Below are positions 53,811 to 54,146 of a stretch of DNA of 54,146 nucleotides, in pieces. The stretch comes from a virus (Duplodnaviria > Caudoviricetes): IMG/VR virus record IMGVR_UViG_3300032242_001353, positions 1 through 54,146 of that record; one strand, written 5' to 3'. Below the pieces are notes generated by a model. It worked only from the letters and a program-made list of their open reading frames with translations, was not told the origin of the DNA and ran no database searches. Positions within the stretch are counted from its first letter, which is position 1. Each line of letters starts with the position of its first letter. Made by a program: the position numbers and the translations under genes.

Positions 53811-54146
53811 TATACAAACTCACAGTCTACCATGATTTCTGTAATGCAGGCCACCAGATTGATTTCTTGGTCTGCAACAAATGCCGATTGATATTGATAC
53901 TTAGCCAGAATCAAAACAACCTGAGGAATAGATTGAGGTTTAATATAGTCATACATGCTGTCATATATCTTACGATAGATACGAACAGGATCATTGTCTA
54001 TATTATTTGTAACCCACTTACGAGCAGAGGAGAAATCTTTCTCTTTGATTGACTTAATTAATTCTTGAATTTGAACATCCACGACAGAACTAAGAATACC
54101 CTTATCTATCGAGCCAGAAACCGAGTATCTCTGGAGTTCATTTAGA
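53810..54146 (-). CDS. gp44: clamp loader large subunit, C-terminal part (5' end outside the window)
   Basis: LNELQRYS..G.ID.GIL, RKWV, YQY..AFVADQEIN..AC.TEIM. Confidence 0.93.
   Translation of the reverse strand, partial: LNELQRYSVSGSIDKGILSSVVDVQIQELIKSIKEKDFSSARKWVTNNIDNDPVRIYRKIYDSMYDYIKPQSIPQVVLILAKYQYQSAFVADQEINLVACITEIMVDCEFV

Noticed and set aside
1-54146. CRISPR array, integrase, transposase, reverse transcriptase/DGR
   Set aside because: No regularly spaced direct repeats or matching protein motifs seen on reading
1-54146. Stop-codon reassignment
   Set aside because: Core genes are full length in the standard code, gaps are filled by small ORFs or RNAs, and no suppressor tRNA is present

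Overview
A 54-kb, AT-rich fragment of a large T4-like myophage, most similar in gene content to uncultured freshwater T4-like phages. The spanins, the GH19 endolysin and the LPS-type enzymes imply a Gram-negative, probably proteobacterial, host (inference). Almost all genes lie on the minus strand. In order of transcription (right to left): gp44/gp62/regA; hsp20 with a ROSE-like structured leader; a partial ADP-heptose pathway (HldC-like, HldA-like, cupin, HldD) with dCMP deaminase and SpeD; a cluster of 10 tRNAs that also holds a ~200-nt unassigned structured RNA and a D-armless tRNA-Gly mimic; groES; a small plus-strand island; gp43/uvsX/gp41/DUF4338; a hairpin-gated late operon with a PD-(D/E)XK-like nuclease and 12 glycan-modification genes; a block of putative capsid-packaged proteins with T4-like capsid-targeting N-termini (ligase-like, nuclease-like, HxGH nucleotidyltransferase-kinase); a lysis cassette; gp61, thyX, nrdA/nrdB, rnh; and a truncated HExxH/vWA (CobT-like) gene. 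The best candidates for undescribed biology are the injected enzyme cargo block, the heptose biosynthesis plus GT9/HtrL glycosylation system, the two atypical RNAs in the tRNA cluster, two overprinted genes with their own RBS, and a TGTTGT-N6-ACAACA palindrome phased with three sigma70 promoters. All family assignments come from motif recognition by eye; no searches were run.
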